From a phage: DNA of 64,000 nucleotides. Below, in pieces: positions 29,501 to 47,586 of the stretch (position 1 is its first letter; every line of letters begins with the position of its first letter). Position numbers and translations under genes: made by a program. The notes under the pieces are model-generated. The model searched no databases. It saw nothing but the letters and a program-made list of their open reading frames with translations, and was not told where the DNA came from. The stretch lies in the sequence record PX421306.1. One strand, given 5' to 3'.

Positions 29501-29624
29501 TTTATTCGATGCATCTGGAACAACATTTGCACAATTTAGGGATTTAGTTAATAAACGTCTAAAAGATAATATAGGAAATCCAAGAGACCCTGAAAATCCA
29601 ACACAGGTTAAAATAGATGAATGA
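26526..29624 (+). CDS. 7: gp7 baseplate wedge initiator
   Basis: 1032 aa as T4 gp7; synteny. Confidence 0.93.
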   Translation: MTVKAPSVTSLRISKLSANQVQVRWDDVGANFYYFVEIAETKTNSGENLPSNQYRWINLGYTANNSFFFDDADPLTSYVIRVATAAQDFEQSDWIYTEEFETFATNAYTFQNMIEMQLANKFIQEKFTLNNSDYVNFNNDTIMAALMNESFQFSPSYVDVSSISNFIIGENEYHEIQGSIQQVCKDINRVYLMESEGILYLFERYQPVVKVSNDKGQTWKAVKLFNDRVGYPLSKTVYYQSANTTYVLGYDKIFYGRKSTDVRWSADDVRFSSQDITFAKLGDQLHLGFDVEIFATYATLPANVYRIAEAITCTDDYIYVVARDKVRYIKTSNAPIDSDPLSPTYSERLFEPDTMTITGNPKAVCYKMDSVGDKVFALIIGEVETLNANPRTSKIIDSADKGIYVLNHDTKTWKRVFGNTEEERRRIQPGYANMSTDGKLVSLSSSNFKFLSDNVVNDPETTAKYQLIGAVKYEFPREWLADKHYHMMAFIADEKSDWETFTPQPMKYYAEPFFNWSKKSNTRCWINNSDRVVVVYADLKYTKVIENIPETSPDRLVHEYWDDGDCTIVMPNVKFTGFKKYASGMLFYKASGEIISYYDFNYRVRDTVEIIWKPTEVFLKAFLQNQEHETPWSPEEEHGLADPDLRPLIGTMMPDSYLLQDSNFEAFCEAYIQYLSDGYGTQYNNLRNLIRNKYPREEHAWEYLWSEIYKRNIYLNADKRDAVARFFESRSYDFYSTKGIEASYKFLFKVLYNEEVEIEIESGAGTEYDIIVQSDSLTEDLVGQTIYTATGRCNVTYIERSYSNGKLQWTVTIHNLLGRLIAGQEVKAERLPSFEGEIIRGVKGKDLLQNNIDYINRSRSYYVMKIKSNLPSSRWKSDVIRFVHPVGFGFIAITLLTMFINVGLTLKHTETIINKYKNYKWDSGLPTEYADRIAKLTPTGEIEHDSVTGEAIYEPGPMAGVKYPLPDDYNAENNNSIFQGQLPSERRKLMSPLFDASGTTFAQFRDLVNKRLKDNIGNPRDPENPTQVKIDE

Positions 29625-30621
29625 TTCAAGTGTTATCTATCGTGCGATAGTTACTTCAAAATTTAGAACAGAAAAAATGTTGAATTTTTATAATTCAATT
29701 GGAAGTGGTCCGGATAAAAACACTATCTTTATCACATTTGGAAGATCAGAACCATGGTCATCAAATGAAAATGAGGTGGGATTTGCCCCACCTTATCCTA
29801 CCGATTCTGTATTAGGTGTAACTGACATGTGGACTCATATGATGGGAACCGTGAAGGTTCTTCCATCAATGCTTGATGCAGTTATTCCTCGCAGAGATTG
29901 GGGAGATACTAGATATCCTGATCCATACACATTTAGAATTAACGATATTGTAGTGTGTAACTCAGCTCCTTACAATGCTACTGAATCAGGCGCAGGCTGG
30001 TTAGTATATCGCTGTTTAGATGTTCCTGATACTGGAATGTGCTCAATTGAGTCTTTAACTAATAAGGATGAATGCCTTAAGTTAGGTGGAAAATGGACTC
30101 CTTCTGCTAGGTCAATGACTCCTCCTGAAGGTCGAGGAGATGCTGAAGGAACAATTGAACCCGGAGACGGGTATGTGTGGGAATATCTATTTGAGATTCC
30201 GCCTGATGTATCTATAAATAGATGTACGAATGAATATATCGTGGTTCCTTGGCCTGAGGAATTAAAAGAAGACCCGACTAGATGGGGATATGAAGATAAT
30301 CTCACTTGGCAACAAGACGATTTTGGATTAATTTATCGGGTTAAGGCAAATACTATCCGTTTTAAAGCATATTTAGATTCAGTTTATTTTCCTGAAGCTG
30401 CATTGCCAGGAAATAAAGGATTTAGACAAATATCAATAATCACGAATCCTCTTGAAGCTAAAGCTCATCCAAATGACCCAAACGTTAAAGCTGAAAAGGA
30501 TTATTATGATCCGGAAGATTTAATGAGGCATTCGGGCGAAATGATTTATATGGAAAATAGGCCACCTATTATCATGGCAATGGATCAAACAGAAGAAATC
30601 AATATTCTGTTTACATTTTAA
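29617..30621 (+). CDS. 8: gp8 baseplate wedge protein
   Basis: 334 aa as T4 gp8; terminator hairpin follows. Confidence 0.93.
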   Translation: MNDSSVIYRAIVTSKFRTEKMLNFYNSIGSGPDKNTIFITFGRSEPWSSNENEVGFAPPYPTDSVLGVTDMWTHMMGTVKVLPSMLDAVIPRRDWGDTRYPDPYTFRINDIVVCNSAPYNATESGAGWLVYRCLDVPDTGMCSIESLTNKDECLKLGGKWTPSARSMTPPEGRGDAEGTIEPGDGYVWEYLFEIPPDVSINRCTNEYIVVPWPEELKEDPTRWGYEDNLTWQQDDFGLIYRVKANTIRFKAYLDSVYFPEAALPGNKGFRQISIITNPLEAKAHPNDPNVKAEKDYYDPEDLMRHSGEMIYMENRPPIIMAMDQTEEINILFTF

Positions 30622-30626
30622 ATTAA

Positions 30627-30653
30627 GGGAGCCCATGGGCTCCCTTTTTCTTT
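30627..30653 (+). terminator. intrinsic terminator after gene 8
   Basis: GGGAGCCCATGGGCTCCC hairpin followed by TTTTTCTTT. Confidence 0.75.
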
Positions 30654-30660
30654 ATAAATA
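30653..30660 (+). promoter_or_regulatory. late promoter upstream of gene 9
   Basis: TATAAATA immediately after the gp8 terminator. Confidence 0.6.
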
Positions 30661-30684
30661 CTATAAACTCATAAGGAAACCGCT

Positions 30685-31551
30685 ATGTTCATTCAAGAAC
30701 CAAAGAAATTGATTGATACCGGCGAAATTGGTAACGCTTCTACTGGTGATATCTTATTCGACGGTGGTAATAAAATTAATAGTGATTTTAACGCAATTTA
30801 TAATGCGTTTGGCGATCAACGTAAAATGGCAGTAGCAAATGGAACTGGAGCAGATGGCCAAATTATCCATGCTACTGGATATTATCAAAAGCACTCTATT
30901 GCAGAGTACGCAACTCCAGTAAAAGTTGGCACTAGACATGATATTGATACCTCTACTGTAGGTGTTAAAGTTATCATTGAAAGAGGCGAACTTGGCGACT
31001 GCGTTGAATTTATTAACTCAAATGGATCAATATCAGTTACTAATCCTTTAACGATTCAAGCTATTGATTCAATTAAAGGTGTTTCGGGTAATTTAGTAGT
31101 AACTAGCCCATATAGTAAAGTAACTTTACGCTGTATTTCATCTGATAATTCTACATCGGTGTGGAATTATTCTATTGAAAGTATGTTTGGCCAAAAGGAA
31201 TCACCGGCCGAAGGTACATGGAATATTTCTACATCTGGGTCAGTTGACATTCCATTATTTCATCGTACTGAATATAACATGGCTAAATTGTTAGTTACAT
31301 GCCAATCGGTAGATGGAAGAAAAATTAAAACGGCAGAAATAAATATTCTTGTGGATACTGTTAATTCAGCGGTCATTTCTTCTGAATATGCTGTCATGCG
31401 AGTTGGGAATGAAACCGAAGAAGACGAAATCGCTAATATTGCATTTAGTATTAAAGAAAATTATGTAACGGCGACTATAAGTTCTTCAACTGTCGGTATG
31501 AGAGCAGCAGTTAAAGTTATCGCTACGCAGAAAATCGGGGTGGCTCAATAA
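30685..31551 (+). CDS. 9: gp9 baseplate long-tail-fiber connector
   Basis: 288 aa as T4 gp9; TATAAATA late promoter upstream. Confidence 0.93.
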   Translation: MFIQEPKKLIDTGEIGNASTGDILFDGGNKINSDFNAIYNAFGDQRKMAVANGTGADGQIIHATGYYQKHSIAEYATPVKVGTRHDIDTSTVGVKVIIERGELGDCVEFINSNGSISVTNPLTIQAIDSIKGVSGNLVVTSPYSKVTLRCISSDNSTSVWNYSIESMFGQKESPAEGTWNISTSGSVDIPLFHRTEYNMAKLLVTCQSVDGRKIKTAEINILVDTVNSAVISSEYAVMRVGNETEEDEIANIAFSIKENYVTATISSSTVGMRAAVKVIATQKIGVAQ

Positions 31552-33359
31552 TGAAACAAAATATTAATATCGGTAATGTTGTTGATGATGGTACCGGTGA
31601 CTACCTGCGTAAAGGTGGTATAAAAATAAATGAAAACTTTGATGAGCTTTATTACGAGCTTGGTGATGGAGATGTTCCATATTCAGCCGGTGCCTGGAAA
31701 ACTTATGATGCTTCATCTGGTCAAACACTAAAAGCCGAATGGGGAAAATCATACGCTATTAATACCTCTTCTGGAAGAGTAACTATAAATCTTCCAAAAG
31801 GAACTGTCAATGATTACAACAAGGTAATTAGAGCTAGAGACGTATTTGCTACATGGAACGTCAACCCAGTTACACTAGTAGCTGCTTCCGGCGATACGAT
31901 TAAAGGGTCTGCAGTACCAGTTGAAATTAATGTTCAATTCAGCGATTTGGAATTAGTGTATTGCGCCCCAGGACGTTGGGAATATGTCAAAAATAAACAA
32001 ATTGACAAAATTACCAGTTCAGACATTAGTAATGTAGCTCGTAAAGAATTTTTAGTCGAAGTCCAAGGACAAACAGACTTTTTAGATGTTTTCCGTGGAA
32101 CTAGTTATAATGTAAATAACATCAGAGTAAAACATCGTGGTAACGAATTGTATTACGGCGATGTATTTAGTGAAAACAGTGATTTTGGCTCTCCGGGCGA
32201 AAATGAAGGCGAATTAGTTCCTCTTGATGGATTTAATATTCGATTAAGACAGCCTTGTAATATTGGTGACACTGTTCAAATTGAAACATTTATGGATGGT
32301 GTATCACAATGGAGAAGTTCATATACAAGACGTCAAATTAGATTGTTAGATTCAAAATTAACGTCAAAAACTTCTTTAGAAGGAAGCATTTACGTTACTG
32401 ATTTATCAACAATGAAATCAATTCCATTTTCAGCTTTTGGATTAATTCCAGGTGAACCTATTAATCCTAATTCTCTTGAGGTCCGTTTTAATGGAATTTT
32501 ACAAGAATTGGCTGGAACAGTTGGAATGCCATTATTTCATTGTGTTGGTGCTGATTCAGACGACGAAGTAGAATGCTCTGTTTTAGGTGGAACTTGGGAA
32601 CAGTCTCATACCGACTATTCAGTTGAAACTGATGAAAACGGCATACCAGAAATTTTACATTTCGATAGAGTATTTGAGCATGGCGACATTATCAATATCA
32701 CCTGGTTTAATAATGATTTAGGCACATTATTAACAAAAGATGAGATTATTGATGAAACTGATAATCTCTATGTATCGCAAGGACCAGGAGTAGATATTTC
32801 CGGTGATGTAAATTTAACAGACTTCGATAAAATTGGTTGGCCAAATGTAGAAGCAGTTCAATCTTATCAACGCGAATTTAACGCTGTTTCAAATATCTTT
32901 GATACGATTTATCCTATTGGAACTATATATGAAAACGCTGTTAATCCAAATAACCCTGTTACATATATGGGATTCGGCTCATGGAAATTATTTGGGCAAG
33001 GAAAAGTTTTAGTTGGATGGAATGAAGATATTTCGGACCCTAACTTTGCTCTAAATAACAACGATTTAGATTCGGGTGGAAATCCTTCACATACTGCAGG
33101 TGGAACAGGTGGTTCTACTTCTGTTACATTGGAAAATGCTAATCTTCCTGCAACTGAAACAGATGAAGAAGTTCTAATAGTTGATGAAAATGGATCAGTC
33201 ATTGTTGGTGGATGTCAATACGATCCAGATGAATCTGGTCCAGTTTACACGAAATACCGTGAAGCTAAAGCATCTACTAACTCTACTCACACTCCGCCAA
33301 CATCAATAACTAACATTCAACCATATATTACAGTTTATCGTTGGATAAGGATTGCATAA
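31551..33359 (+). CDS. 10: gp10 baseplate wedge/short-fiber attachment protein
   Basis: 602 aa as T4 gp10. Confidence 0.93.
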   Translation: MKQNINIGNVVDDGTGDYLRKGGIKINENFDELYYELGDGDVPYSAGAWKTYDASSGQTLKAEWGKSYAINTSSGRVTINLPKGTVNDYNKVIRARDVFATWNVNPVTLVAASGDTIKGSAVPVEINVQFSDLELVYCAPGRWEYVKNKQIDKITSSDISNVARKEFLVEVQGQTDFLDVFRGTSYNVNNIRVKHRGNELYYGDVFSENSDFGSPGENEGELVPLDGFNIRLRQPCNIGDTVQIETFMDGVSQWRSSYTRRQIRLLDSKLTSKTSLEGSIYVTDLSTMKSIPFSAFGLIPGEPINPNSLEVRFNGILQELAGTVGMPLFHCVGADSDDEVECSVLGGTWEQSHTDYSVETDENGIPEILHFDRVFEHGDIINITWFNNDLGTLLTKDEIIDETDNLYVSQGPGVDISGDVNLTDFDKIGWPNVEAVQSYQREFNAVSNIFDTIYPIGTIYENAVNPNNPVTYMGFGSWKLFGQGKVLVGWNEDISDPNFALNNNDLDSGGNPSHTAGGTGGSTSVTLENANLPATETDEEVLIVDENGSVIVGGCQYDPDESGPVYTKYREAKASTNSTHTPPTSITNIQPYITVYRWIRIA

Positions 33360-34018
33360 TGAGTTTACTTAATAATAAAGCGGGAGTTATTTCCCGCTTA
33401 GCCGATTTTCTTGGTTTTAGACCTAAAACTGGTGACATCGATGTAATGAATCGTCAATCAGTTGGGTCAGTGACAATTTCTCAATTAGCGAAAGGATTTT
33501 ATGAACCAAACGTAGAATCAGCTATTAATGACGTTCATAATTTTTCTATAAAAGACGTTGGTACAATTATTACTAATAAAACTGGTGTTTCTCCTGAGGG
33601 TGTTTCTCAAACTGATTATTGGGCATTTTCAGGAACTGTGACAGATGATTCGCTTCCTCCTGGTTCTCCTGTTACTGTATTAGTATTTGGTCTTCCAGTT
33701 TCAGCAACAACTGGAATGACAGCTATTGAGTTTGTCGCCAAAGTTCGTGTTGCACTGCAAGAAGCTATTGCGTCATTTACTGCTATCAATTCATATAAAG
33801 ACCATCCAACCGATGGTAGTAAATTAGAAGTTACTTATTTAGATAATCAAAAACATGTATTAAGCACATATTCTACGTATGGAATAACTATTTCCCAAGA
33901 AATTATTTCCGAATCTAAGCCTGGATATGGCACATGGAATTTGCTTGGTGCACAAACTGTAACTTTAGATAATCAGCAAACTCCAATAGTACTTTATCAT
34001 TTTGAGAGAACAGCATGA
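33359..34018 (+). CDS. 11: gp11 baseplate wedge protein
   Basis: Start at ATG 33359 ([10 protein letters not shown]...) overlapping gp10 stop (TAATG); 219 aa as T4 gp11. Confidence 0.92.
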   Translation: MSLLNNKAGVISRLADFLGFRPKTGDIDVMNRQSVGSVTISQLAKGFYEPNVESAINDVHNFSIKDVGTIITNKTGVSPEGVSQTDYWAFSGTVTDDSLPPGSPVTVLVFGLPVSATTGMTAIEFVAKVRVALQEAIASFTAINSYKDHPTDGSKLEVTYLDNQKHVLSTYSTYGITISQEIISESKPGYGTWNLLGAQTVTLDNQQTPIVLYHFERTA

Positions 34019-35598
34019 GTAATAATACATACCAACACGTTTCTAATGAATCTCGCTATGTGAAATTTGATCCAACTGGCACAAATTTTCCAGCAGAGAT
34101 TACTGATGTTCAGGCTGCTATAGCAGCCATTTCTCCTGCTGGTGTAAATGGAGTTCCTGATGCATCATCAACAACAAAAGGAATTTTATTTCTTGCCACT
34201 GAACAGGAAGTTATCGACGGAACTGATAATACCAAAGCAGTTACACCCGCAACGTTGGCAACAAGATTATCTTATCCAAACGCAACTGAAACTGTTTACG
34301 GATTAACAAGATATTCAACAGATGATGAAGCGATTGCTGGAGTTAATAATGAATCTTCTATAACTCCTGCTAAATTTACCGTTGCCCTTAATAATGCCTT
34401 TGAAACTCGTGTTTCAACTGAATCAAAGAATGGAGTTATTAAAATTTCATCTCTACCGCAAGCATTGGCAGGTGCTGATGATACTACTGCAATGACTCCG
34501 TTAAAAACACAACAGTTAGCTATTAAATTAATTGCGCAAATTGCTCCTTCTGAAACCACAGCTACCGAATCTGACCAAGGTGTTGTTCAATTAGCAACAG
34601 TAGCTCAAGTTCGTCAAGGAACTTTAAGAGAAGGCTATGCAATTTCTCCTTATACATTAATGAATTCTACTGCTACTGAAGAATATAAAGGCGTAATTAA
34701 ATTAGGAACGCAATCAGAAGTTAACTCGAATAATGCTTCTGTTGCTGTTACTGGTGCAACTCTTAATGGTCGCGGTTCTACAACGTCAATGAGAGGCGTA
34801 GTTAAATTAACTACAACCGCCGGTTCACAGAGCGGAGGCGATGCTTCATCGGCATTAGCTTGGAATGCTGACGTTATCCACCAAAGAGGTGGTCAAACGA
34901 TTAATGGAACACTTCGCATTAATAATACGCTTACAATAGCTTCAGGTGGAGCAAATATTACCGGAACAGTTAACATGACCGGTGGTTATATTCAAGGTAA
35001 GCGTGTTGTAACGCAAAATGAAATAGATAGAACTATTCCTGTCGGAGCTATTATGATGTGGGCGGCTGATAGCCTTCCTAGTGATGCTTGGCGCTTCTGT
35101 CATGGTGGAACTGTTTCAGCATCAGATTGTCCGTTATATGCTTCTAGAATTGGAACAAGATACGGCGGAAGCTCATCAAATCCTGGATTACCTGATATGC
35201 GTGGTCTTTTTGTTCGTGGCTCTGGTCGTGGCTCTCACTTAACAAATCCAAACGTTAATGGTAATGACCAATTTGGTAAGCCTAGATTAGGTGTAGGTTG
35301 TACCGGTGGATATGTTGGCGAAGTACAAAAACAGCAGATGTCTTATCATAAACATGCTGGCGGATTTGGTGAGCATGATGATTCTGGAGCATTCGGTAAT
35401 ACCCGTAGATCAAATTTTGTTGGTACACGTAAAGGACTTGACTGGGATAACCGTTCATACTTCACCAATGACGGATATGAAATTGACCCAGCATCACAAC
35501 GAAATTCCAAATATACATTAAATCGTCCCGAATTAATTGGAAATGAAACACGTCCATGGAACATTTCTTTAAACTACATAATTAAGGTAAAAGAATGA
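34015..35598 (+). CDS. 12: gp12 short tail fiber
   Basis: 527 aa as T4 gp12. Confidence 0.93.
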   Translation: MSNNTYQHVSNESRYVKFDPTGTNFPAEITDVQAAIAAISPAGVNGVPDASSTTKGILFLATEQEVIDGTDNTKAVTPATLATRLSYPNATETVYGLTRYSTDDEAIAGVNNESSITPAKFTVALNNAFETRVSTESKNGVIKISSLPQALAGADDTTAMTPLKTQQLAIKLIAQIAPSETTATESDQGVVQLATVAQVRQGTLREGYAISPYTLMNSTATEEYKGVIKLGTQSEVNSNNASVAVTGATLNGRGSTTSMRGVVKLTTTAGSQSGGDASSALAWNADVIHQRGGQTINGTLRINNTLTIASGGANITGTVNMTGGYIQGKRVVTQNEIDRTIPVGAIMMWAADSLPSDAWRFCHGGTVSASDCPLYASRIGTRYGGSSSNPGLPDMRGLFVRGSGRGSHLTNPNVNGNDQFGKPRLGVGCTGGYVGEVQKQQMSYHKHAGGFGEHDDSGAFGNTRRSNFVGTRKGLDWDNRSYFTNDGYEIDPASQRNSKYTLNRPELIGNETRPWNISLNYIIKVKE

Positions 35599-37058
35599 CA
35601 GATATTGTACTGAATGACTTACCATTCGTTGACGGCCCTCCTGCAGAGGGCCAGAGCCGCATTTCCTGGATTAAAAACGGCGAAGAAATATTAGGAGCTG
35701 ACACACAGTACGGAAGTGAAGGCTCAATGAATAGACCTACAGTTTCTGTACTAAGAAATGTTGAAGTTCTCGATAAAAACATCGGAATACTCAAAACATC
35801 TTTAGAATCCGCGAATAGTGATATTAAAACAATTCAGGGCATCTTAGATGTATCTGGTGATATTGAAGCTTTGGCCCAAATAAGTATCAATAAAAAGGAT
35901 ATTTCTGACCTTAAAACGCTAACCAGTGAACATACAGAAATATTAAATGGGACTAATAGTACGGTTGACAGCATTCTTGCTGATATTGGTCCATTTAACT
36001 CCGAGGCTAACTCTGTATACAGAACAATCAGAAATGATTTATTATGGATAAAGCGTGAACTTGGACAATATACAGGCCAAGATATTAATGGTCTTCCTGT
36101 TGTAGGAAATCCTAGCACAGGAATGAAGCATCGCATTATTAATAATACTGATGTCATTACTTCACAAGGAATACGTTTAAGCGAATTAGAAACAAAATTT
36201 ATTGAATCTGATGTAGGTTCTTTGACTATTGAAGTTGGTAATCTCCGTGAAGAGCTTGGACCAAAACCACCATCGTTTTCACAAACTGTTTACAGTCGCT
36301 TAAATGAAATTGACACTAAACAGACAACAGTTGAATCTGACATTAGTGCTATTAAGACCTCAATAGGATATCCAGGAAATAATTCGATTATTACGAGTGT
36401 TAATACAAACACTGATAATATTGCATCTATTAATTTAGAGCTAAATCAAAGTGGAGGTATTAAACAGCGTTTAACCGTTATTGAAACTTCTATTGGTTCA
36501 GATGATATTCCTTCGAGTATTAAAGGTCAAATCAAAGATAATACAACTTCAATCGAAGCTCTAAATGGAATCGTCGGCGAAAACACTTCATCTGGTTTAA
36601 GAGCGAATGTTTCGTGGTTAAACCAAATTGTTGGGACTGATTCTAGTGGTGGACAACCTTCTCCTCCTGGGTCTCTTTTAAACCGAGTTTCTACAATTGA
36701 AACTTCTGTTTCAAGCTTGAACAACGATGTTCAAAACCTACAAGTAGAGATTGGTAATAACAGCACAGGAATTAAAGGGCAAGTTGTAGCGTTAAATACT
36801 TTAGTAAATGGAACTAATCCAAACGGTTCAACTGTCGAAGAACGCGGATTAACCAATTCAATAAAAGCTAACGAAACCAACATTGCATCAGTTACACAAG
36901 AAGTGAATACAGCCAAAGGTAGTATATCTTCTCTGCAAGGTGATGTTCAAGCTCTACAAGAAGCAGGTTATATTCCTGAAGCTCCGAAAGATGGCCAAGC
37001 TTACGTTCGTAAAGACGGCGAATGGGTATTACTTTCTACCTTTTTATCACCAGCATAA
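35595..37058 (+). CDS. wac: fibritin (whisker antigen control)
   Basis: 487 aa; coiled-coil body and C-terminal foldon [27 protein letters not shown]. Confidence 0.96.
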   Translation: MTDIVLNDLPFVDGPPAEGQSRISWIKNGEEILGADTQYGSEGSMNRPTVSVLRNVEVLDKNIGILKTSLESANSDIKTIQGILDVSGDIEALAQISINKKDISDLKTLTSEHTEILNGTNSTVDSILADIGPFNSEANSVYRTIRNDLLWIKRELGQYTGQDINGLPVVGNPSTGMKHRIINNTDVITSQGIRLSELETKFIESDVGSLTIEVGNLREELGPKPPSFSQTVYSRLNEIDTKQTTVESDISAIKTSIGYPGNNSIITSVNTNTDNIASINLELNQSGGIKQRLTVIETSIGSDDIPSSIKGQIKDNTTSIEALNGIVGENTSSGLRANVSWLNQIVGTDSSGGQPSPPGSLLNRVSTIETSVSSLNNDVQNLQVEIGNNSTGIKGQVVALNTLVNGTNPNGSTVEERGLTNSIKANETNIASVTQEVNTAKGSISSLQGDVQALQEAGYIPEAPKDGQAYVRKDGEWVLLSTFLSPA

Positions 37059-37061
37059 CAT

Positions 37062-37090
37062 GGGGCCGCAAGGCCCCAAAGGATTTTTAA
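37062..37090 (+). terminator. possible terminator after wac
   Basis: GGGGCCGCAAGGCCCC hairpin; weak T-tract. Confidence 0.45.
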
Positions 37091-38792
<1,702 letters not shown>

Positions 38793-38833
38793 TAAATATT
38801 ATAAACTAATTAAAGCCCAGATTAGGAGAAATC

Positions 38834-41974
<3,141 letters not shown>

Positions 41975-42002
41975 TATTAAAGCATATTAAAGAGGATTAA
42001 AA

Positions 42003-43982
42003 ATGACTTTATTATCTCCGGGCATTGAGCTCAAAGAAACTACGGTTCAAAGCACCGTGGTTAATAACTCTACTGGTACAGCAGCTTTGGCCGGTAAATT
42101 CCAGTGGGGTCCTGCTTTTCAAATTAAACAGGTTACAAATGAAGTAGATTTAGTTAATACTTTTGGTCAACCTACAGCTGAAACTGCTGACTATTTTATG
42201 TCTGCAATGAATTTCTTACAATACGGAAATGATTTGCGAGTTGTGCGTGCTGTCGATAGAGATACCGCTAAAAACTCATCTCCAATTGCCGGTAATATTG
42301 AATACACTATTTCTACCCCAGGTAGTAACTACGCGGTTGGAGATAAAATCACGGTTAAGTATGTTTCAGAAGACATTGAAACAGAATGTAAAGTTACCGA
42401 AGTAGATGCTGATGGAAAAATTAAGAAAATTAATATTCCTACCGCAAAAATTATCGCTAAAGCGAAAGAAGTAGGCGAATATCCAGAATTAGGTTCTAAC
42501 TGGACCGCGGAAATTTCTTCGTCTTCCTCTGGTTTAGCTGCAGTAATAACTCTTGGAAAAATTATTACTGATTCTGGTATTTTATTAGCTGAAATTGAAA
42601 ATGCCGAAGCTGCTATGACAGCGGTTGAATTTCAAGCAAATCTCGAAAAATATGGAATTCCAGGAGTAGTAGCTCTTTATCCAGGCGAGTTGGGCGATAA
42701 AATCGAAATCGAAATCGTATCTAAAGCTGACTACGCAAAAGGGGCTTCTGCATTACTCCCAATTTATCCAGGTGGCGGAACACGCGCATCTACTGCCAAA
42801 GCAGTGTTTGGATATGGACCACAAACTGATTCACAATACGCTATTATAGTTCGTCGCAATGATGCTATTGTTCAAAGCGTTGTTCTTTCAACGAAGCGTG
42901 GTGAAAAAGATATTTACGATAGTAACATTTATATTGATGACTTTTTCGCAAAAGGTGGTTCAGAATATATTTTCGCAACTGCACAAAATTGGCCAGAAGG
43001 CTTCTCTGGAATTTTAACTCTGTCTGGTGGATTATCGTCAAATGCTGAAGTAACAGCAGGAGATTTGATGGAAGCCTGGGACTTCTTTGCTGACCGTGAA
43101 TCTGTTGACGTTCAGTTGTTTATTGCGGGTTCTTGCGCCGGCGAATCTTTAGAAACAGCATCTACTGTCCAAAAACACGTCGTTTCAATTGGTGATGCTC
43201 GCCAAGATTGCTTAGTATTGTGCTCACCGCCGCGCGAAACTGTAGTTGGAATTCCTGTAACTCGTGCTGTTGATAACTTAGTCAATTGGAGAACTGCAGC
43301 AGGTTCATACACTGATAATAACTTTAATATCAGTTCAACCTACGCAGCAATTGATGGTAACTACAAGTATCAGTATGACAAATATAATGATGTGAATCGT
43401 TGGGTTCCATTAGCAGCTGATATTGCTGGTTTGTGTGCAAGAACTGATAACGTTTCTCAGACTTGGATGTCTCCAGCTGGTTATAATCGTGGTCAGATTC
43501 TTAACGTTATTAAACTTGCTATTGAAACTCGCCAGGCGCAGCGCGACCGTTTATACCAAGAAGCTATCAACCCGGTAACCGGTACAGGTGGTGATGGTTA
43601 CGTATTGTATGGTGATAAAACAGCTACTTCTGTTCCTTCTCCATTTGATCGTATTAACGTTCGTCGTCTGTTTAATATGTTAAAAACGAATATCGGACGT
43701 AGTTCAAAATATCGTTTGTTCGAATTAAACAACGCGTTTACTCGTTCATCGTTCCGCACAGAAACTTCCCAGTACTTACAGGGAATTAAAGCTCTCGGTG
43801 GAATTTATGAATATCGTGTAGTTTGCGATACAACAAATAACACTCCGTCAGTAATTGATAGAAATGAGTTTGTTGCAACATTCTACATTCAACCGGCTAG
43901 AAGCATTAACTACATTACCTTAAACTTCGTAGCAACTGCTACTGGTGCAGATTTCGATGAGTTAACTGGTCTTGCAGGTTAA
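42003..43982 (+). CDS. 18: gp18 contractile tail sheath
   Basis: 659 aa as T4 gp18; TATAAATA upstream. Confidence 0.95.
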   Translation: MTLLSPGIELKETTVQSTVVNNSTGTAALAGKFQWGPAFQIKQVTNEVDLVNTFGQPTAETADYFMSAMNFLQYGNDLRVVRAVDRDTAKNSSPIAGNIEYTISTPGSNYAVGDKITVKYVSEDIETECKVTEVDADGKIKKINIPTAKIIAKAKEVGEYPELGSNWTAEISSSSSGLAAVITLGKIITDSGILLAEIENAEAAMTAVEFQANLEKYGIPGVVALYPGELGDKIEIEIVSKADYAKGASALLPIYPGGGTRASTAKAVFGYGPQTDSQYAIIVRRNDAIVQSVVLSTKRGEKDIYDSNIYIDDFFAKGGSEYIFATAQNWPEGFSGILTLSGGLSSNAEVTAGDLMEAWDFFADRESVDVQLFIAGSCAGESLETASTVQKHVVSIGDARQDCLVLCSPPRETVVGIPVTRAVDNLVNWRTAAGSYTDNNFNISSTYAAIDGNYKYQYDKYNDVNRWVPLAADIAGLCARTDNVSQTWMSPAGYNRGQILNVIKLAIETRQAQRDRLYQEAINPVTGTGGDGYVLYGDKTATSVPSPFDRINVRRLFNMLKTNIGRSSKYRLFELNNAFTRSSFRTETSQYLQGIKALGGIYEYRVVCDTTNNTPSVIDRNEFVATFYIQPARSINYITLNFVATATGADFDELTGLAG

Positions 43983-44017
43983 TACGGTGCATTCTAAAGG
44001 CCTGTTTCGGCAGGCCA

Positions 44018-44084
44018 TATAAATACACTATATCCTTAATTCTTTAATTCTATATGCCCTAGGTTAAACATAGGGATATAAATA
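44018..44084 (+). promoter_or_regulatory. two late promoters upstream of gene 19
   Basis: TATAAATA at 44018-44025 and 44077-44084. Confidence 0.55.
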
Positions 44085-44098
44085 CTACAGAGGCTAAT

Positions 44099-44590
44099 AT
44101 GTTTGTAGATGATGTAACACGAGCGTTTGAATCTGGTGATTTTGCTCGACCTAACTTATTCCAAGTAGAAATTTCTTATCTTGGACAAAATTTTACGTTT
44201 CAATGTAAAGCCACTGCTTTACCAGCTGGTATTGTAGAAAAAATTCCAGTCGGATTCATGAACCGTAAAATTAACGTAGCAGGCGATCGTACATTCGATG
44301 ACTGGACTGTTACAGTAATGAACGATGAGGCACATGATGCTCGCCAGAAGTTTGTTGATTGGCAAAGCATTGCTGCTGGGCAAGGGAACGAAATTACTGG
44401 TGGAAAACCAGCAGAGTATAAAAAGAGCGCTGTTGTTCGCCAATATGCTCGTGACGCTAAAACTGTAACAAAAGAAGTCGAAATTAAAGGCTTGTGGCCT
44501 ACCAACGTGGGTGAACTTCAATTAGATTGGGATTCAAACAATGAAATCCAAACCTTTGAAGTAACTCTCGCTCTCGATTATTGGGAATAA
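44099..44590 (+). CDS. 19: gp19 tail tube
   Basis: 163 aa as T4 gp19; two TATAAATA motifs upstream. Confidence 0.95.
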   Translation: MFVDDVTRAFESGDFARPNLFQVEISYLGQNFTFQCKATALPAGIVEKIPVGFMNRKINVAGDRTFDDWTVTVMNDEAHDARQKFVDWQSIAAGQGNEITGGKPAEYKKSAVVRQYARDAKTVTKEVEIKGLWPTNVGELQLDWDSNNEIQTFEVTLALDYWE

Positions 44591-44622
44591 AATGAATGGG
44601 GAGAAATCCCCATCCTGCTTAA

Positions 44623-46247
<1,625 letters not shown>

Positions 46248-46248
<1 letters not shown>

Positions 46249-46493
46249 TGGAAGGTTTAATTGAAGCTATTAAATCAAACGACCTCGTAGCCGCTCGTAA
46301 ATTATTTGCTGAAGCCATGGCTGCAAGAACGATTGATTTAATTAAAGAAGAAAAAATCGCTATCGCTCGTAATTTCTTAATCGAAGGTGAAGAACCTGAA
46401 GACGAGGATGATGAAGACGAAGATAGTGATGATAAAGACGACAAAAAAGACAAAGACTCTGACGAAGATGACGAAGACGAGGATGATGAATAA
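46248..46493 (+). CDS. 67: gp67 prohead core protein (acidic)
   Basis: 81 aa; highly acidic C-terminus; position after portal. Confidence 0.88.
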
Positions 46494-46918
46494 TGCTTCT
46501 GATCCCTGAAACTCATGAATTAGTTCTCGAGAATGTCGAAGCACTTATTCCTGAAGCACAGGGTCGCTTTGACGAATTGTCTTCTGCTTTAAATAAAGAC
46601 GATATAAATACAATTATCGAGAATATGCTTGATGATGAAACTGATTTAGCAGTTGCATTAGCTTCTATTAATGAAAATATGCCGTTAAATGAATTCATTG
46701 TTAAGCATGTTTCAGCTCGTGGTGAAATTACACGTACTAAAGACCGCAAAACGCGCGAACGTAATGCATTTCAAACCACTGGGCTGTCTAAAGCAAAACG
46801 TAGACAAATTGCTCGCAAAGCTACCAAAACGAAGATTGCCAATCCAGCAGGTCAATCTCGTGCTCAGCGTAAGCGTAAAAAAGCTCTTAAACGCCGTAAA
46901 GCATTAGGATTAAGCTAA
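46493..46918 (+). CDS. 68: gp68 prohead core protein
   Basis: 141 aa as T4 gp68; basic C-terminus. Confidence 0.88.
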   Translation: MLLIPETHELVLENVEALIPEAQGRFDELSSALNKDDINTIIENMLDDETDLAVALASINENMPLNEFIVKHVSARGEITRTKDRKTRERNAFQTTGLSKAKRRQIARKATKTKIANPAGQSRAQRKRKKALKRRKALGLS

Positions 46919-47556
46919 TGAATGAACCCCAATTACTAATTGAAACTTGGGGTCAACCTGGCGAAATTATTGATGGCGTGCCAATGCTTGAATCTCATGA
47001 TGGAAAAGACTTAGGTTTAAAACCTGGTTTATACATCGAAGGAATATTCATGCAAGCGGAAGTCGTCAATAGAAATAAACGTCTTTATCCAAAACGCATA
47101 TTAGAAAAAGCGGTAAAAGACTATATTAATGAGCAAGTTTTAACTAAACAAGCTCTCGGAGAATTAAATCATCCTCCACGCGCTAATGTTGACCCGATGC
47201 AAGCCGCTATCATTATAGAAGATATGTGGTGGAAAGGAAATGACGTATACGGACGAGCTCGTGTTATTGAAGGTGACCACGGTCCTGGAGATAAATTAGC
47301 AGCTAATATTCGTGCCGGATGGATTCCAGGAGTTTCTTCTCGTGGATTAGGTTCATTGACTGACACAAATAAAGGTTATCGTATCGTAAACGAAGGATTC
47401 AAATTAACTGTAGGTGTTGATGCAGTATGGGGTCCAAGTGCTCCAGATGCATGGGTAACTCCTAAGGAAATTACCGAATCACAGACGGCGGAAGCCGATA
47501 CAAGTGCCGATGACGCCTATATGGCTCTCGCAGAGGCCATGAAAAAAGCGTTATAA
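46918..47556 (+). CDS. 21: gp21 prohead core protease
   Basis: 212 aa as T4 gp21; synteny 68-21-22-23. Confidence 0.93.
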   Translation: MNEPQLLIETWGQPGEIIDGVPMLESHDGKDLGLKPGLYIEGIFMQAEVVNRNKRLYPKRILEKAVKDYINEQVLTKQALGELNHPPRANVDPMQAAIIIEDMWWKGNDVYGRARVIEGDHGPGDKLAANIRAGWIPGVSSRGLGSLTDTNKGYRIVNEGFKLTVGVDAVWGPSAPDAWVTPKEITESQTAEADTSADDAYMALAEAMKKAL

Positions 47557-47559
47557 ATA
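47552..47559 (+). promoter_or_regulatory. late promoter upstream of gene 22
   Basis: TATAAATA overlapping gp21 stop. Confidence 0.55.
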
Positions 47560-47586
47560 TTATTATCTAAACAACAGGACTACAAA

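Noticed and set aside
44594-44612. GGGGAGAAATCCCC hairpin after gene 19
   Set aside because: No adjacent T-tract on the plus strand; cannot be supported as a terminator.
46380-46493. Acidic low-complexity run that looks like a simple repeat
   Set aside because: It encodes the known acidic C-terminus of prohead core protein gp67; not a mobile or CRISPR-type repeat.
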